A stretch of 64,000 nucleotides of DNA from Thermoanaerobaculia bacterium (GTDB taxonomy: Bacteria > Acidobacteriota > Thermoanaerobaculia > Gp7-AA8): positions 64,135-128,134 of the forward strand of contig DASPNA010000152.1 of assembly GCA_035626775.1 (NCBI GenBank), given 5' to 3'. The translations under genes and the position numbers were made by a program. The notes under the pieces were generated by a model. The model searched no databases. It saw nothing but the letters and a program-made list of their open reading frames with translations, and was not told where the DNA came from. Below are positions 29,261 to 38,738 of this stretch, one piece after another (position 1 is the first letter of the stretch; the number at the start of each line of letters is the position of its first letter).

Positions 29261-30332
29261 TCATGATCTCGGCGATGCGGTCGCCGATCGCGGTCCAGTT
29301 GTATTGCGGCAGGACCGATGCGTGCGCGTTCGACGCCAGTCTTGCGCGCAGCTCTTCATCGCGCGCGAGCATTTCGATCGCGTTCGCCAGCGCGAGCGGA
29401 TCGCCGGGTGGAACGAGCAGCCCGTTCTCGCCGTCGCGCACGACGGCACGATTCGCATCGATGTTCGTCGCGATCACCGGCAGGCCGCACGCGAGCGCCT
29501 CGAGCACCACGAGCGCGAAGCCCTCGCTGAGCGTGGCGGTGATGAAGACGTCGTGCTCGGAATAGAGGCGGCCGAGGGAAGAGCGGGGAACGCTGCCGAG
29601 GAATTGGACGTGCGGGAGATCGGCGGCGGCGCCGCGCAGGCCGGTCTCCAGCGCTCCGCTGCCGGCGATAGTCAACTCCGCGTCGTGAACATTGCGCATC
29701 GCCGCAACCAGATCATCGACACCTTTTTCGATCGAAAGGCGACCAACGCTGATCAAACGCAGCGGCCGCGACGAAGTACGCACGACCGGCACGTCGATGC
29801 CGAGGTCGTGGAGGTCGATGCCATTGGGAACGACTTCGACGCGGCGCGCCCCGTGTCGCCGCACCACATCGGCAAGATGCGGCGCGACTACGAACACGAC
29901 GTCCGCGGAGCGATACGCGCGCGGTGCGATCCAGCGATAGAACGCAGTGAGCCGTGGGTCGTACGTTCCTTTCGGCCGTTCGAAGATGTCCCCGTGCACG
30001 AAGAACCCGACAAGGATGCCCAGGCCACGCGTGCCGATGTGCGCGGCGCTATGCGCGTGAACGAGGATGAAATCGGGTTTGTGCAGCGACTGCAGCACCA
30101 CTCGCGCGCCGCGGCCGAAGAGGACTTCATCCGGCACATGACGGAAGCGGCGCAGCGAATAAAGGTCCGGCAGCCGCACCCGCGCCCGCACCATTCCGTG
30201 CGTGTCTTCCGGAAACGTATCGGAGACGAGCGTGACCTGCGCGTGGCGCGTCAGCTCGCGCGCCTGGCGCATCGCCACCGAGGCGACAGCACCCGCTCCG
30301 CCGAGGGCACGGCAAACAATCGCAACGTGCAT
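29217..30332 (-). CDS. Glycosyltransferase, GT4 family
   Basis: GT-B organisation with a C-terminal E..E/G-rich nucleotide-sugar motif (VLEALACGLPVIAT). Confidence 0.8.
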   Translation of the reverse strand: MHVAIVCRALGGAGAVASVAMRQARELTRHAQVTLVSDTFPEDTHGMVRARVRLPDLYSLRRFRHVPDEVLFGRGARVVLQSLHKPDFILVHAHSAAHIGTRGLGILVGFFVHGDIFERPKGTYDPRLTAFYRWIAPRAYRSADVVFVVAPHLADVVRRHGARRVEVVPNGIDLHDLGIDVPVVRTSSRPLRLISVGRLSIEKGVDDLVAAMRNVHDAELTIAGSGALETGLRGAAADLPHVQFLGSVPRSSLGRLYSEHDVFITATLSEGFALVVLEALACGLPVIATNIDANRAVVRDGENGLLVPPGDPLALANAIEMLARDEELRARLASNAHASVLPQYNWTAIGDRIAEIMMECGGKAGSFAAAP

Positions 30333-30400
30333 CGGCGGACACTATAGCGAGACGACCAGGGGCCGCCGGAGGCCCCTCGTCGTCTACTCTAGGCCCACCG

Positions 30401-31558
30401 ATGAAAGTCGCGCTCATTGCTTCGCACGTCATTCAGTACCAGGCGCCGTTTTTTCGGTTGCTGGCGGCGGAGCGCGTGCTCGATCTCGACGTGATCTTCT
30501 GCTCGACGGACGGCGCGCACGTCTATCGCGACGAAGAAATGCAAACCACCTTTCGCTGGGACCTCGACCTCCTCGGCGGCTATCGCCACCGCTTCCTTCG
30601 CAACTTCGGATTCGGCGAGGGCTACACGCGCCTCATCAACCCCGGCATCGTCCCCGCGCTTTTGTTCGGCAAATACGACGCGGCCATCTTCTTCCTTGGC
30701 TGGGGGACCATTACGTCGCTCATGGGCATCGCCGCGTGCCGCATGAGCGGCACTCCGATCCTGATGTACGGCGACAGCAGCTTCCCGCCGCCGGCGAACA
30801 CGATCGCGTCGCGAGTGCGCGCGGGCGTGTTGCGCACGATCTTTGGCGTGACCGATCGCTTCCTGGTCAGCGGCGTTTTGAATGCCGACTACTACCGCCG
30901 CTACGGTGCCGATGAAAGGCGCTTCCATCTCGTGCCGTGGGCCATCGACAACATCCGCTTCGAGGAGGGCAGCCGCTTCGCGCCCGGCGAGCGCGAGGCG
31001 ATGCGCGAGCGCTTCGGCATCCGCTCCGATCAACTGGCCATCGTCTTCTCCGCGAAGTTCCTGCCGCGCAAGGATCCGATGACGCTGCTCCGCGCGGTCG
31101 ATGCGATGCGGCATCGCGATCGCGCGGCGGTGATTTTTCTCGGTCACGGCGAGTTGCGCGATGAGATGGAACGCTTTGCGCGCGAGCGCAGCCTCTCCGT
31201 CCATTTCGCCGGCTTCGTGAATCAATCGCAGCTGCCAAAACACTATGCCGCGGCGGACGTCTTCGTGTTGCCGTCCGTCTACGAGCCGCGCGGCACGGTG
31301 ATCAATGAGGCGATGGCGTCGGGGCTGCCGGTGATCATCAGCGACCGCTGCGGTCCGATTGCCGACATCGTGCAGCACGGCGAGAACGGTTTCGTCTTCG
31401 CGGCCGGCGACGTCGCGGCGCTCGCGCGCCATCTCGACGAGCTCGTCGCGGATCCCGAGCTGCGCGCGCGCATGGCGCTGCGTTCGCGCGAGATCATCTC
31501 GACCTGGGACTACGCGCGCGGAGTAGAAGGTGTGTTGGAGGCTCTGCGGGCGTGCTGA
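30401..31558 (+). CDS. Glycosyltransferase, GT4 family
   Basis: VLPSVYEPRGTVINEAMASGLPVIISD motif. Confidence 0.8.
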   Translation: MKVALIASHVIQYQAPFFRLLAAERVLDLDVIFCSTDGAHVYRDEEMQTTFRWDLDLLGGYRHRFLRNFGFGEGYTRLINPGIVPALLFGKYDAAIFFLGWGTITSLMGIAACRMSGTPILMYGDSSFPPPANTIASRVRAGVLRTIFGVTDRFLVSGVLNADYYRRYGADERRFHLVPWAIDNIRFEEGSRFAPGEREAMRERFGIRSDQLAIVFSAKFLPRKDPMTLLRAVDAMRHRDRAAVIFLGHGELRDEMERFARERSLSVHFAGFVNQSQLPKHYAAADVFVLPSVYEPRGTVINEAMASGLPVIISDRCGPIADIVQHGENGFVFAAGDVAALARHLDELVADPELRARMALRSREIISTWDYARGVEGVLEALRAC

Positions 31559-32415
31559 CCATCGCCATTCCGACGTACGAGCGCGGCGTGATCCTGTGCG
31601 ACACGATCGAGCTGCTCCTCGCCGTCGAGCCGCGCGCTCTCGAGATCGTGATCGTCGATCAGACGCGCGAACATCCGCCGGACGTCGCCGCGCGATTGCA
31701 GGCATGGCAGGACGCGAACGCAATCCGCGTGATTCATCTCGCGCAACCGTCGATCCCGCACGCGATGAACACGGCGCTGCGCGAGGCGACGTCCGCGCAG
31801 GTGCTGTTCCTCGACGACGACATCATCCCGGACAAGAACCTCGTCCGCGCGCACGCCAGCGCGCTCGCCGAGCTCGGCGTGTGGGCCGTGGTCGGACAAG
31901 TGCTGCAACCGGGCGAAACGCCGGCGCACTTTCCCGAAGGCGTACTGCGCCGCGGGTTCATCCGCGATCTCGAATTTCGCTTCACGCATGACACCGCGTG
32001 CGACGTGCGGAACGTGATGGCCGGAAACCTGTCGGTCGATCGCGAGCGCGCGCTTTCGATCGGCGGCTTCGATGAGCGCTACATCGCGGTCGCGTATCGC
32101 TTCGAGACCGATTTCGCGTTGCGCCTCGTCGCCGCCGGCGGCCGCATCCGCTATGAGCCGGCCGCATCCATTCGTCATCTCAAAGCGCCTGGCGGCGGCG
32201 TGCGCATGTGGGGCGATCACCGCACCAGCATCTCGCCGGCACATTCGATGGGCGACTACTATTTCGCGCGCAAACACATCCCCGCATTCTGGCGCTACGT
32301 TGCACGCAGACTGATCAACAACGTGGCCACGCGCTATCACCTGCGCCACCCCTGGACTATCCCCGGCAAATTGCTCGGGGAAGTGCGGGGGCTGGTTCGC
32401 GCGTTGCGCACCTGA
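31552..32415 (+). CDS. Glycosyltransferase, GT2 family
   Basis: TIAIPTYERG...LFLDDD. GTG start overlaps the upstream stop. Confidence 0.75.
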   Translation: MLTIAIPTYERGVILCDTIELLLAVEPRALEIVIVDQTREHPPDVAARLQAWQDANAIRVIHLAQPSIPHAMNTALREATSAQVLFLDDDIIPDKNLVRAHASALAELGVWAVVGQVLQPGETPAHFPEGVLRRGFIRDLEFRFTHDTACDVRNVMAGNLSVDRERALSIGGFDERYIAVAYRFETDFALRLVAAGGRIRYEPAASIRHLKAPGGGVRMWGDHRTSISPAHSMGDYYFARKHIPAFWRYVARRLINNVATRYHLRHPWTIPGKLLGEVRGLVRALRT

Positions 32416-32420
32416 GAAAA

Positions 32421-32517
32421 CAGTTCCTCGGAGCACCTCGGTTCCTCGGAGTTCCTCGGAGGAGCTGAGACTCCCGTCCGACGAACCCCGAGGTACTCTG
32501 AGGAAACCGAGGTACTG
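32421..32517. repeat. Family A hairpin repeat, copy A2
   Basis: AGTTCCTCGGAGCACCTCGGTTCCTCGGAGTTCCTCGGAGG ... CCCCGAGGTACTCTGAGGAAACCGAGGTACTG. Confidence 0.75.
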
Positions 32518-32526
32518 ACTCCCCCG

Positions 32527-33921
32527 ATGGCCTTTGCGCTCTACCTGCTGTTCCTCGCCGCCTCCTGCGCGTACGCATGGGTGGACTGGCGGCGTGGCTG
32601 GTTCCTGGTCATGGTCTGCGGCGTGATCCAGGATCCGGTGCGCAAGCTGTCGCCGAACTCGCCGGTGGTCATCTCGTTCGCGGTCGTCGTGGTGTATGCG
32701 GTGATCCTGTTTGCCGCGCGCAACGAGATGCGCGCGCACGCGCTCGAGTTCACGCGCCGGTTTCGCAGCGTCTCGACCGGCATCATGGTCTTCCTCTTCC
32801 TGCTCCTCATCGCGGCCGTCAATGGCCTGGTCACGTACGGCATCGACAAGTGGCAGGCGCCGCTGGTCAGCCTCATCACGTACGTGCTGCCGGTCGTCGC
32901 CGCGCTGCTCGGATACACGTGGCTGCATCGCGAAGAAACGATGCTGCGCTGGTTCCGCCTGTATTCGGCGATCACCTCCATCGCGCTCATCGGCACCGTC
33001 CTCGAGTACCTTCGCGTCCCCTCGCGCATCCTGGGCATGGTGTCGTTCGAAGGCGACTACATCCGCCACCTTCCCGGCATCCAGATCCGCATGCTCTCCG
33101 GCATCTATCGCAGCCCTGATGTCATGGCGTGGCACGCCGGCATGCTCACCACGATCGCCGCCGCGATGGCCCTGCGCGCGGGACTGCGGCGGCAGATGCT
33201 GATCTGGTCCGCGGTCGCAGGCTGGGGCTTCTTCAACTGCCTGATCGCGGGACGCCGCAAGGCGGTGTATTTCGTCATCATCTTCGTCGGCGTGTTTCTG
33301 TGGCGCTACCTCGGGCGCATCAAGGCGTCGCAGGTCTTCGCGAGCGTCGGCTTGCTGATCGTCCTCTCCGCCGTCGTGAACCAGCTCTCGTCCGACGAAG
33401 CGACCAGTGTCTACACGCGCACGGCCGTGGCATCGAAGCGCGAGCTGAGCGACCGTTTCGAAGGCGGCGTCATGCAGACGTTCCGGGAAGTCGGTTACAT
33501 GGGCGCCGGCCTCGGCACCGCCACGCAGGGCGTCCACCATCTCCTCGGCAAGAGCGGCATCGGCTGGCAGGAAGGCGGAATGGGCAAGGTGGCGATGGAG
33601 CTCGGGCTCCCCGGCTTGCTCGCGTTGCTGCTGATGGTTCCGATCATTGGACGGATGCTGTTGCTCCTGACGCGCATCGGCGACGTCGAAGGCTCCTCGC
33701 AGTTCATCCGCGTGACGCTGTTCGCGCTGGTCGCGGCGAACGCCGCCGGCTTCATCGGGTCCGCACAGGCGTACACCGACGCAGTGCTCGGACTCACGGC
33801 GGGCTTCCTCGTCGGCGCGCTGTTCGCGACCGCGGCGCTCGACGAGCGACTGGCTGCAACGAAGAAGGCGCAGACAGTCGAGAAAGCATCGCCGCTCACT
33901 CCCATCCCCTCTGCCGTCTGA
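32527..33921 (+). CDS. Wzy_C / O-antigen ligase-polymerase family integral membrane protein
   Basis: About 10-12 TM segments. Motif YMGAGLGTATQGVHHLLGKSGIGWQEGGMGKVAMELGLPGLL resembles Wzy_C. Confidence 0.65.
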   Translation: MAFALYLLFLAASCAYAWVDWRRGWFLVMVCGVIQDPVRKLSPNSPVVISFAVVVVYAVILFAARNEMRAHALEFTRRFRSVSTGIMVFLFLLLIAAVNGLVTYGIDKWQAPLVSLITYVLPVVAALLGYTWLHREETMLRWFRLYSAITSIALIGTVLEYLRVPSRILGMVSFEGDYIRHLPGIQIRMLSGIYRSPDVMAWHAGMLTTIAAAMALRAGLRRQMLIWSAVAGWGFFNCLIAGRRKAVYFVIIFVGVFLWRYLGRIKASQVFASVGLLIVLSAVVNQLSSDEATSVYTRTAVASKRELSDRFEGGVMQTFREVGYMGAGLGTATQGVHHLLGKSGIGWQEGGMGKVAMELGLPGLLALLLMVPIIGRMLLLLTRIGDVEGSSQFIRVTLFALVAANAAGFIGSAQAYTDAVLGLTAGFLVGALFATAALDERLAATKKAQTVEKASPLTPIPSAV

Positions 33922-35018
33922 TGCGCATCCTGCATGTCGTTCCGACGTACCTTCCGGCGCGGCGATACGGCGGACCGATCGTGGCCGTTCATGGACTCTG
34001 CAAAGCGCTCGCGGCGCGCGGTCATGAAGTCGACGTCTTCACGACCAACGTCGACGGCGATCGCACGCTCGACGTTCCGGAAAGCAAACCGGTCGACGTC
34101 GACGGCGTGCGCGTGACCTATTTCCCTTCGCCATTCCGCCGTCTGTACTGGTCACCCGCGATGCGCAAGGCGCTCGCGGTGCGCATCCGCACGTATGACG
34201 TCGTGCACATTCACGCCGTGTATCTGTGGACCGGGATCGCCGCCGCACGCGCCGCGCGCAACGCACGCGTGCGTTACGTGATCTCGCCGCGCGGCATGCT
34301 CGTGCACGAGCTCATCCGCCGCAAGAGCCGCATGGTCAAGACGCTGTGGCTGCGCTTGCTGGAGCGCCGCGGCTTCGATGCCGCCGCCGCGATCCACTTC
34401 ACCACGGTCCTCGAAGGACAGGAAGCCGCTCGCATCGGCCTGCCGCTGCCGTCGCCATTCGTGGTACCGAATGGCATCGACCTGGTGCCGCGCCCGAACA
34501 TCGCCCGCGACGAAAACACGCTGGTCTTCCTCGGCCGCGTGACGTGGAAGAAAGGACTCGACCGCGTCCTCGAAGCCTTGCCTTCGCTGGCGAATGTGCG
34601 ATTCGTCATCGCGGGCAATGATGAGGAATCGCTCACGCCGAAACTGCGCGAGCTCGCGCAAAAGCTCGGCGTCGCCGATCGCGTGGAGTTCCTCGGTCCG
34701 GTGTATGGCGCCGCAAAATACGAGCTGCTCGCGCGCGCCACGCTGTTCGTACTGATGTCGACGTCGGAGAACTTCGGGAACGCCGTGCTCGAAGCGTTGA
34801 TGATGGAGACGCCTGTGGTGCTTTCGCAGGAAGTCGGACTCGCGGCAGAGGTGGCGCGCGCCGGCGCGGGCGTGATCGGATTGGAGGAAGTGCCCGCCCT
34901 GCTGCACGATCGCGGACGGCGCACGCGCATGGGACGGCACGGCCGGGCGCTGGTCGAGTCGCGTTTCTCCTGGCCGCGAATCGCCGAGGAAATGGAGCGC
35001 GCGTATGCAGCTCTCTGA
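33921..35018 (+). CDS. Glycosyltransferase, GT4 family
   Basis: MRILHVVPTYLP...GGP; SENFGNAVLEALMMETPVV. Confidence 0.8.
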   Translation: MRILHVVPTYLPARRYGGPIVAVHGLCKALAARGHEVDVFTTNVDGDRTLDVPESKPVDVDGVRVTYFPSPFRRLYWSPAMRKALAVRIRTYDVVHIHAVYLWTGIAAARAARNARVRYVISPRGMLVHELIRRKSRMVKTLWLRLLERRGFDAAAAIHFTTVLEGQEAARIGLPLPSPFVVPNGIDLVPRPNIARDENTLVFLGRVTWKKGLDRVLEALPSLANVRFVIAGNDEESLTPKLRELAQKLGVADRVEFLGPVYGAAKYELLARATLFVLMSTSENFGNAVLEALMMETPVVLSQEVGLAAEVARAGAGVIGLEEVPALLHDRGRRTRMGRHGRALVESRFSWPRIAEEMERAYAAL

Positions 35019-35763
35019 GATCACGCCGCTAATTCTCACGCGCGATGAGGAAGCGAACCTCGAGCGCACGCTCGCGCAGCTTTCGTGGGCGGACGATGTG
35101 GTGATCGTCGACAGTTTCTCGACCGACGCGACCGTCGAGATCGCGCGGCGCTTTCCGAACGTGCGCGTGCTGCGGCGCGAGATGGACACGCTTGCCGGTC
35201 AGAGCAACTACGGGCTGCAGCAGGCGCACACGCCATGGGTGCTGCTGCTCGACGCCGACTATTTCGTTCCTGCCGCATTCGTCGACGAGTTGCGCGAGAT
35301 CGAGCCCCCGAGTGGCACGCGCGCATACGCCGCGTCGTTTCGTTACGCGATCGGCGGCAAGCCGCTGCGCGCGTCGCTGTATCCCGCACGCATCGTGCTG
35401 CTGCATCGCGAGCACGCAACTGTATGGCAGGACGGCCACGCGCATCGCGTCACCGCGGACGGCGACGTGCGCATGCTGTCGACGAAGATCGTTCATGACG
35501 ACCGCAAACCATTCGCGCGTTTCATCGAACGGCAGAAACGCTACATGCGCGAAGAAGCGGAGAAACTGCGCCACGCCGATCCGCGCGCACTTTCGATTCC
35601 GGGACGCCTGCGCAAACTGATCGTGGTCGCGCCGGTTGCGGTGGTCATCCATTCACTGTTCGTGAAGGGACTGATCCTCGACGGCGTGTCCGGCCTGCGC
35701 TACACGTGGGAACGCTTCGTGGCGGAGTTGATCCTGTCGCGCGAGATGATGCGCCGAAGGTGA
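35005..35763 (+). CDS. Glycosyltransferase, GT2 family
   Basis: PLILTRDEEANLERTL...VVIVDSFSTD...LLDADY. Confidence 0.75.
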   Translation: MQLSEITPLILTRDEEANLERTLAQLSWADDVVIVDSFSTDATVEIARRFPNVRVLRREMDTLAGQSNYGLQQAHTPWVLLLDADYFVPAAFVDELREIEPPSGTRAYAASFRYAIGGKPLRASLYPARIVLLHREHATVWQDGHAHRVTADGDVRMLSTKIVHDDRKPFARFIERQKRYMREEAEKLRHADPRALSIPGRLRKLIVVAPVAVVIHSLFVKGLILDGVSGLRYTWERFVAELILSREMMRRR

Positions 35764-35764
35764 T

Positions 35765-35785
35765 CTGGAGCGACGGGCTCTAGTG
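35765..35785. repeat. Family B element, half copy (B4: left arm only)
   Basis: CTGGAGCGACGGGCTCTA immediately after the GT2 stop. Confidence 0.45.
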
Positions 35786-35800
35786 TTCCGGATCTGAGAA

Positions 35801-36460
35801 CTACTTCGCCAACAACGTGCACGGGACGACGTTGAACCCACTCCATACCGTGTTCGTCGCCGCGACGATCGGCTGATCCGAGGTGATGCGCAACGTGATC
35901 GCCACGTTCGTATCCGTACTCAGGTTCCCCTGCGCCGTGAACCACGACGTCATCAACGTGTTCGCCGCAGCAATCGGCACGGTCGCCGCGCCGGTCTGAC
36001 CGGGATAGAGCGGCGCCGGATCGCCGGGAGGAATCGTGCCCGGGCTGACCGCAATCGGCGCTCCGGCGAGGTTCGTCCCGTTCATGTTCAGGAAATGCGC
36101 AGCCACGTTCGCTGTCGCGGTGCCGCCGTTGTAGACGAAGAGATACTCCGTCGTCGTGCCGGCGTTGTGATAGTTGATCGGCGTACAGACGTAGACGTAC
36201 GGCGCACCGCCGCCGCCGGATTCACCGGCCGGACCTTGCGGACCTTCGGGTCCCTGCGGACCTTCGGGTCCCTGCGGTCCCGCGGGACCTTCCTGATTCC
36301 ACGACACACGCGTTTCGTTGGCGTGGCACAACGTGGTCGCATTGACCATTCGCATCCCGCCATTGCCTTTGTTGATGCACGCTTCGAGGACAGCCGCTTC
36401 CATCACCTGGGAGAACGCGGCGACCACCATGAGAACCGCGAACGAACGGAGTACACGCAT
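35801..36460 (-). CDS. Secreted collagen-like (GPQ/GPE triple-helix repeat) protein of unknown function
   Basis: Signal MRVLRSFAVLMVVAAFSQVMEA. EGPAGPQGPEGPQGPEGPQGPAGESGGGG. Cys-containing N-region and a Thr/Asn/Ala-rich C-domain. Confidence 0.6.
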   Translation of the reverse strand: MRVLRSFAVLMVVAAFSQVMEAAVLEACINKGNGGMRMVNATTLCHANETRVSWNQEGPAGPQGPEGPQGPEGPQGPAGESGGGGAPYVYVCTPINYHNAGTTTEYLFVYNGGTATANVAAHFLNMNGTNLAGAPIAVSPGTIPPGDPAPLYPGQTGAATVPIAAANTLMTSWFTAQGNLSTDTNVAITLRITSDQPIVAATNTVWSGFNVVPCTLLAK

Positions 36461-36548
36461 AGAACGCTCCTTTTTCAGTTGTCCGAGAGAGGCGCGTAAT
36501 CTATGCGAGTGATCACTCACGGCCGCGTGAGCCAGAGCACACCGCGCG

Positions 36549-36974
36549 TCAACTCTTCGACTGAATCTGCGCGCGCAACCGCTCGTCCTGTTCGCGAAGC
36601 TCGGGCGTGTACTCCGCGCCGAAATCCTCGGCCTCGAAGATCTGCCGGAGCTCGATCACCGACTCGCCCGGCATCGGATTCGGGCAGCGCTTCACCCACT
36701 CGATCGCCTCGTCCATCGATTTCACGTTCCACAACCAGAACCCTGCGATCAGCTCCCCGGTATTGCCGAACGGCCCTTTCGTGACCGTTCGATCGCTTCC
36801 GGAGAAGCGCACGCGCGCGCCCTTCGATGACGGATGCAGTCCTTCACCAGCCTGCATGATCCCCGCTTTGACCAGCTCCTCGTTGTACTGCCCCATCTCC
36901 GCCAGCATCTGCTCCGACGGCATCTCCCCCGCCTCCGAGTCCTTCGTTGCCTTGACGATCACCATCACTCGCAT
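36549..36974 (-). CDS. YciI/DGPF-family small protein
   Basis: TKGPFGNTGELIAGFWLWNVKSMDEAIEWVKRCP matches the DGPFAETKE...FW..V.S.eEA.eW signature. Confidence 0.65.
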   Translation of the reverse strand: MRVMVIVKATKDSEAGEMPSEQMLAEMGQYNEELVKAGIMQAGEGLHPSSKGARVRFSGSDRTVTKGPFGNTGELIAGFWLWNVKSMDEAIEWVKRCPNPMPGESVIELRQIFEAEDFGAEYTPELREQDERLRAQIQSKS

Positions 36975-36990
36975 GTCGTTGCTCCTTTCG

Positions 36991-38736
36991 TCACGCCGGC
37001 CGTTGAATCATCAGATCGCCCATCACGAGCAGATCCATCTTCGTCCTCAGAAAACAATCCAGAGCCTCGGACGGCGTGTTCACCACCGGCTCGTTCTCGT
37101 TGAACGAAGTGTTCAGCACGAGCGGCACGCCCGTGATGTCGCGGAACGCCTCGATCAGCGCGTAATAGCGCGAATTCTGCGCGGCGGTCACGGTCTGCAG
37201 CCGTCCGGAGCCATTCACGTGCGTCACCGCCGGGATCTGCGCGCGTTTCTCTTCGCGGATCTGGTAGACCTGCAGCATGAACGGCACGTCGTAATCGGTC
37301 TCGAACCATTCCGCCACGGCCTCGCGCATCACCGACGGCGCGAACGGACGGAACGACTCGCGCCGCTTGATCTTGTGATTGAGGATGTCCTTCATGTCGG
37401 CGCGGCGCGGATCGCACACGATAGAACGATTGCCGAGGGCGCGCGGTCCCCATTCCATGCGTCCTTGAAACCAGCCAACGACGTTGCCTTTCGCGACCTG
37501 TTCCGCGGTGAGGCTGCACAACTCGCGCTCATTGCGCACGCGCCGCACGACGCATTGCGCTTCCTCGAGATCCGCCAGTCGCGCGTGTACCGCTTTGTCG
37601 ACCGCGCCATCGTCGTATTCGGGACCCCAGTACGCGTGATCCATCACGAACGCGCGCGGGTTGCGCAACTCTTCGTTCCATACCCAGTACGCGGCGCCGA
37701 TCGCGCCGCCCGCATCCCCAGCCGCCGCGGGGATGTACAGCTCGCGATACGGCGAGCGATCGAATACCAACCCGTTCGCGACGCTGTTGTAGCCGCAGCC
37801 GCCGGCGAGACACAGCGTCTTCATGCCGGTCTTCTCGTGCAGCGCATTCGCGAGGCCGAAGTAAGCCTCCTCGAAGATCGCCTGCATCGATGCCGCGAGG
37901 TCTTTGTGCCGCTGCTCCATCGGCTCCTCGGCCGCACGCATCGGTCCGAGCTTCTCGATCAGCTTCTCGGAGAACACCGGTCCGATCACAGGCGCGCCAC
38001 CGAGCCACACCATGTCGAGACCGGCGGTGTGATGCGTGAAGTACTCGAGGTTCAATTCGAAGCGACCGTCTTTCACCTGCACGATGTCGCGCATCTCGGA
38101 AAGAAACGACGGCTTGCCGTACGGCGCGAGGCCCATGACTTTGTACTCGTCGCCGTAATGCGGGAAGCCGAGGTACTGGGTCATGGCCGTGTAGAAGATG
38201 CCGAGGGAGTGCGGAAAGCCGATCTCGCCGAGGATGTCGATGTGGTTGCCGCGCGCGACGCCCCACATCGAGCTGACGAAATCGCCGAAGCCATCGATGG
38301 AAAGCACGGCCGCTTCCTCGAACGGAGCGACGAAGAACGCCGATGCAAGATGCGCGCGGTGATGCTCGACGTGATGCACTTTCGGTTTCAGCGAATCGAC
38401 GCGGAACGCTTCCATCAGTTCCGTCGCGAGGTCTTTGATCTTCGAGCGATTCTCGAGCCGCCGCTTGATCGCGCCGAGCGACGGCCGTTTCTTCACGATG
38501 AATTTCGCGCGCTGTAAGAGGCGCGCGTTCGGATCGCGATTGACGGCGACATGATCGACGTCGTTCAGTGAAACACCCGCGGTGCGCAGGCAGTACTCGA
38601 TGGAGGCGCTTGGGAATCCGGCCCAGTGCTTGAGGCGCCGGAAGCGTTCTTCTTCGGCAGCGGCGACGAGCTTGCCGTCGACGACGATGCACGCGGCGGC
38701 GTCGGCGTGATGCGCGTTCAATCCTAGAATGATCAT
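36991..38736 (-). CDS. NodU/CmcH-family carbamoyltransferase
   Basis: N-terminal MIILGLNAHHADAAACIVVDGKLVAAAEEERFRR. Full length ~580 aa, typical for O-carbamoyltransferases. Confidence 0.85.
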   Translation of the reverse strand: MIILGLNAHHADAAACIVVDGKLVAAAEEERFRRLKHWAGFPSASIEYCLRTAGVSLNDVDHVAVNRDPNARLLQRAKFIVKKRPSLGAIKRRLENRSKIKDLATELMEAFRVDSLKPKVHHVEHHRAHLASAFFVAPFEEAAVLSIDGFGDFVSSMWGVARGNHIDILGEIGFPHSLGIFYTAMTQYLGFPHYGDEYKVMGLAPYGKPSFLSEMRDIVQVKDGRFELNLEYFTHHTAGLDMVWLGGAPVIGPVFSEKLIEKLGPMRAAEEPMEQRHKDLAASMQAIFEEAYFGLANALHEKTGMKTLCLAGGCGYNSVANGLVFDRSPYRELYIPAAAGDAGGAIGAAYWVWNEELRNPRAFVMDHAYWGPEYDDGAVDKAVHARLADLEEAQCVVRRVRNERELCSLTAEQVAKGNVVGWFQGRMEWGPRALGNRSIVCDPRRADMKDILNHKIKRRESFRPFAPSVMREAVAEWFETDYDVPFMLQVYQIREEKRAQIPAVTHVNGSGRLQTVTAAQNSRYYALIEAFRDITGVPLVLNTSFNENEPVVNTPSEALDCFLRTKMDLLVMGDLMIQRPA

Positions 38737-38738
38737 GC

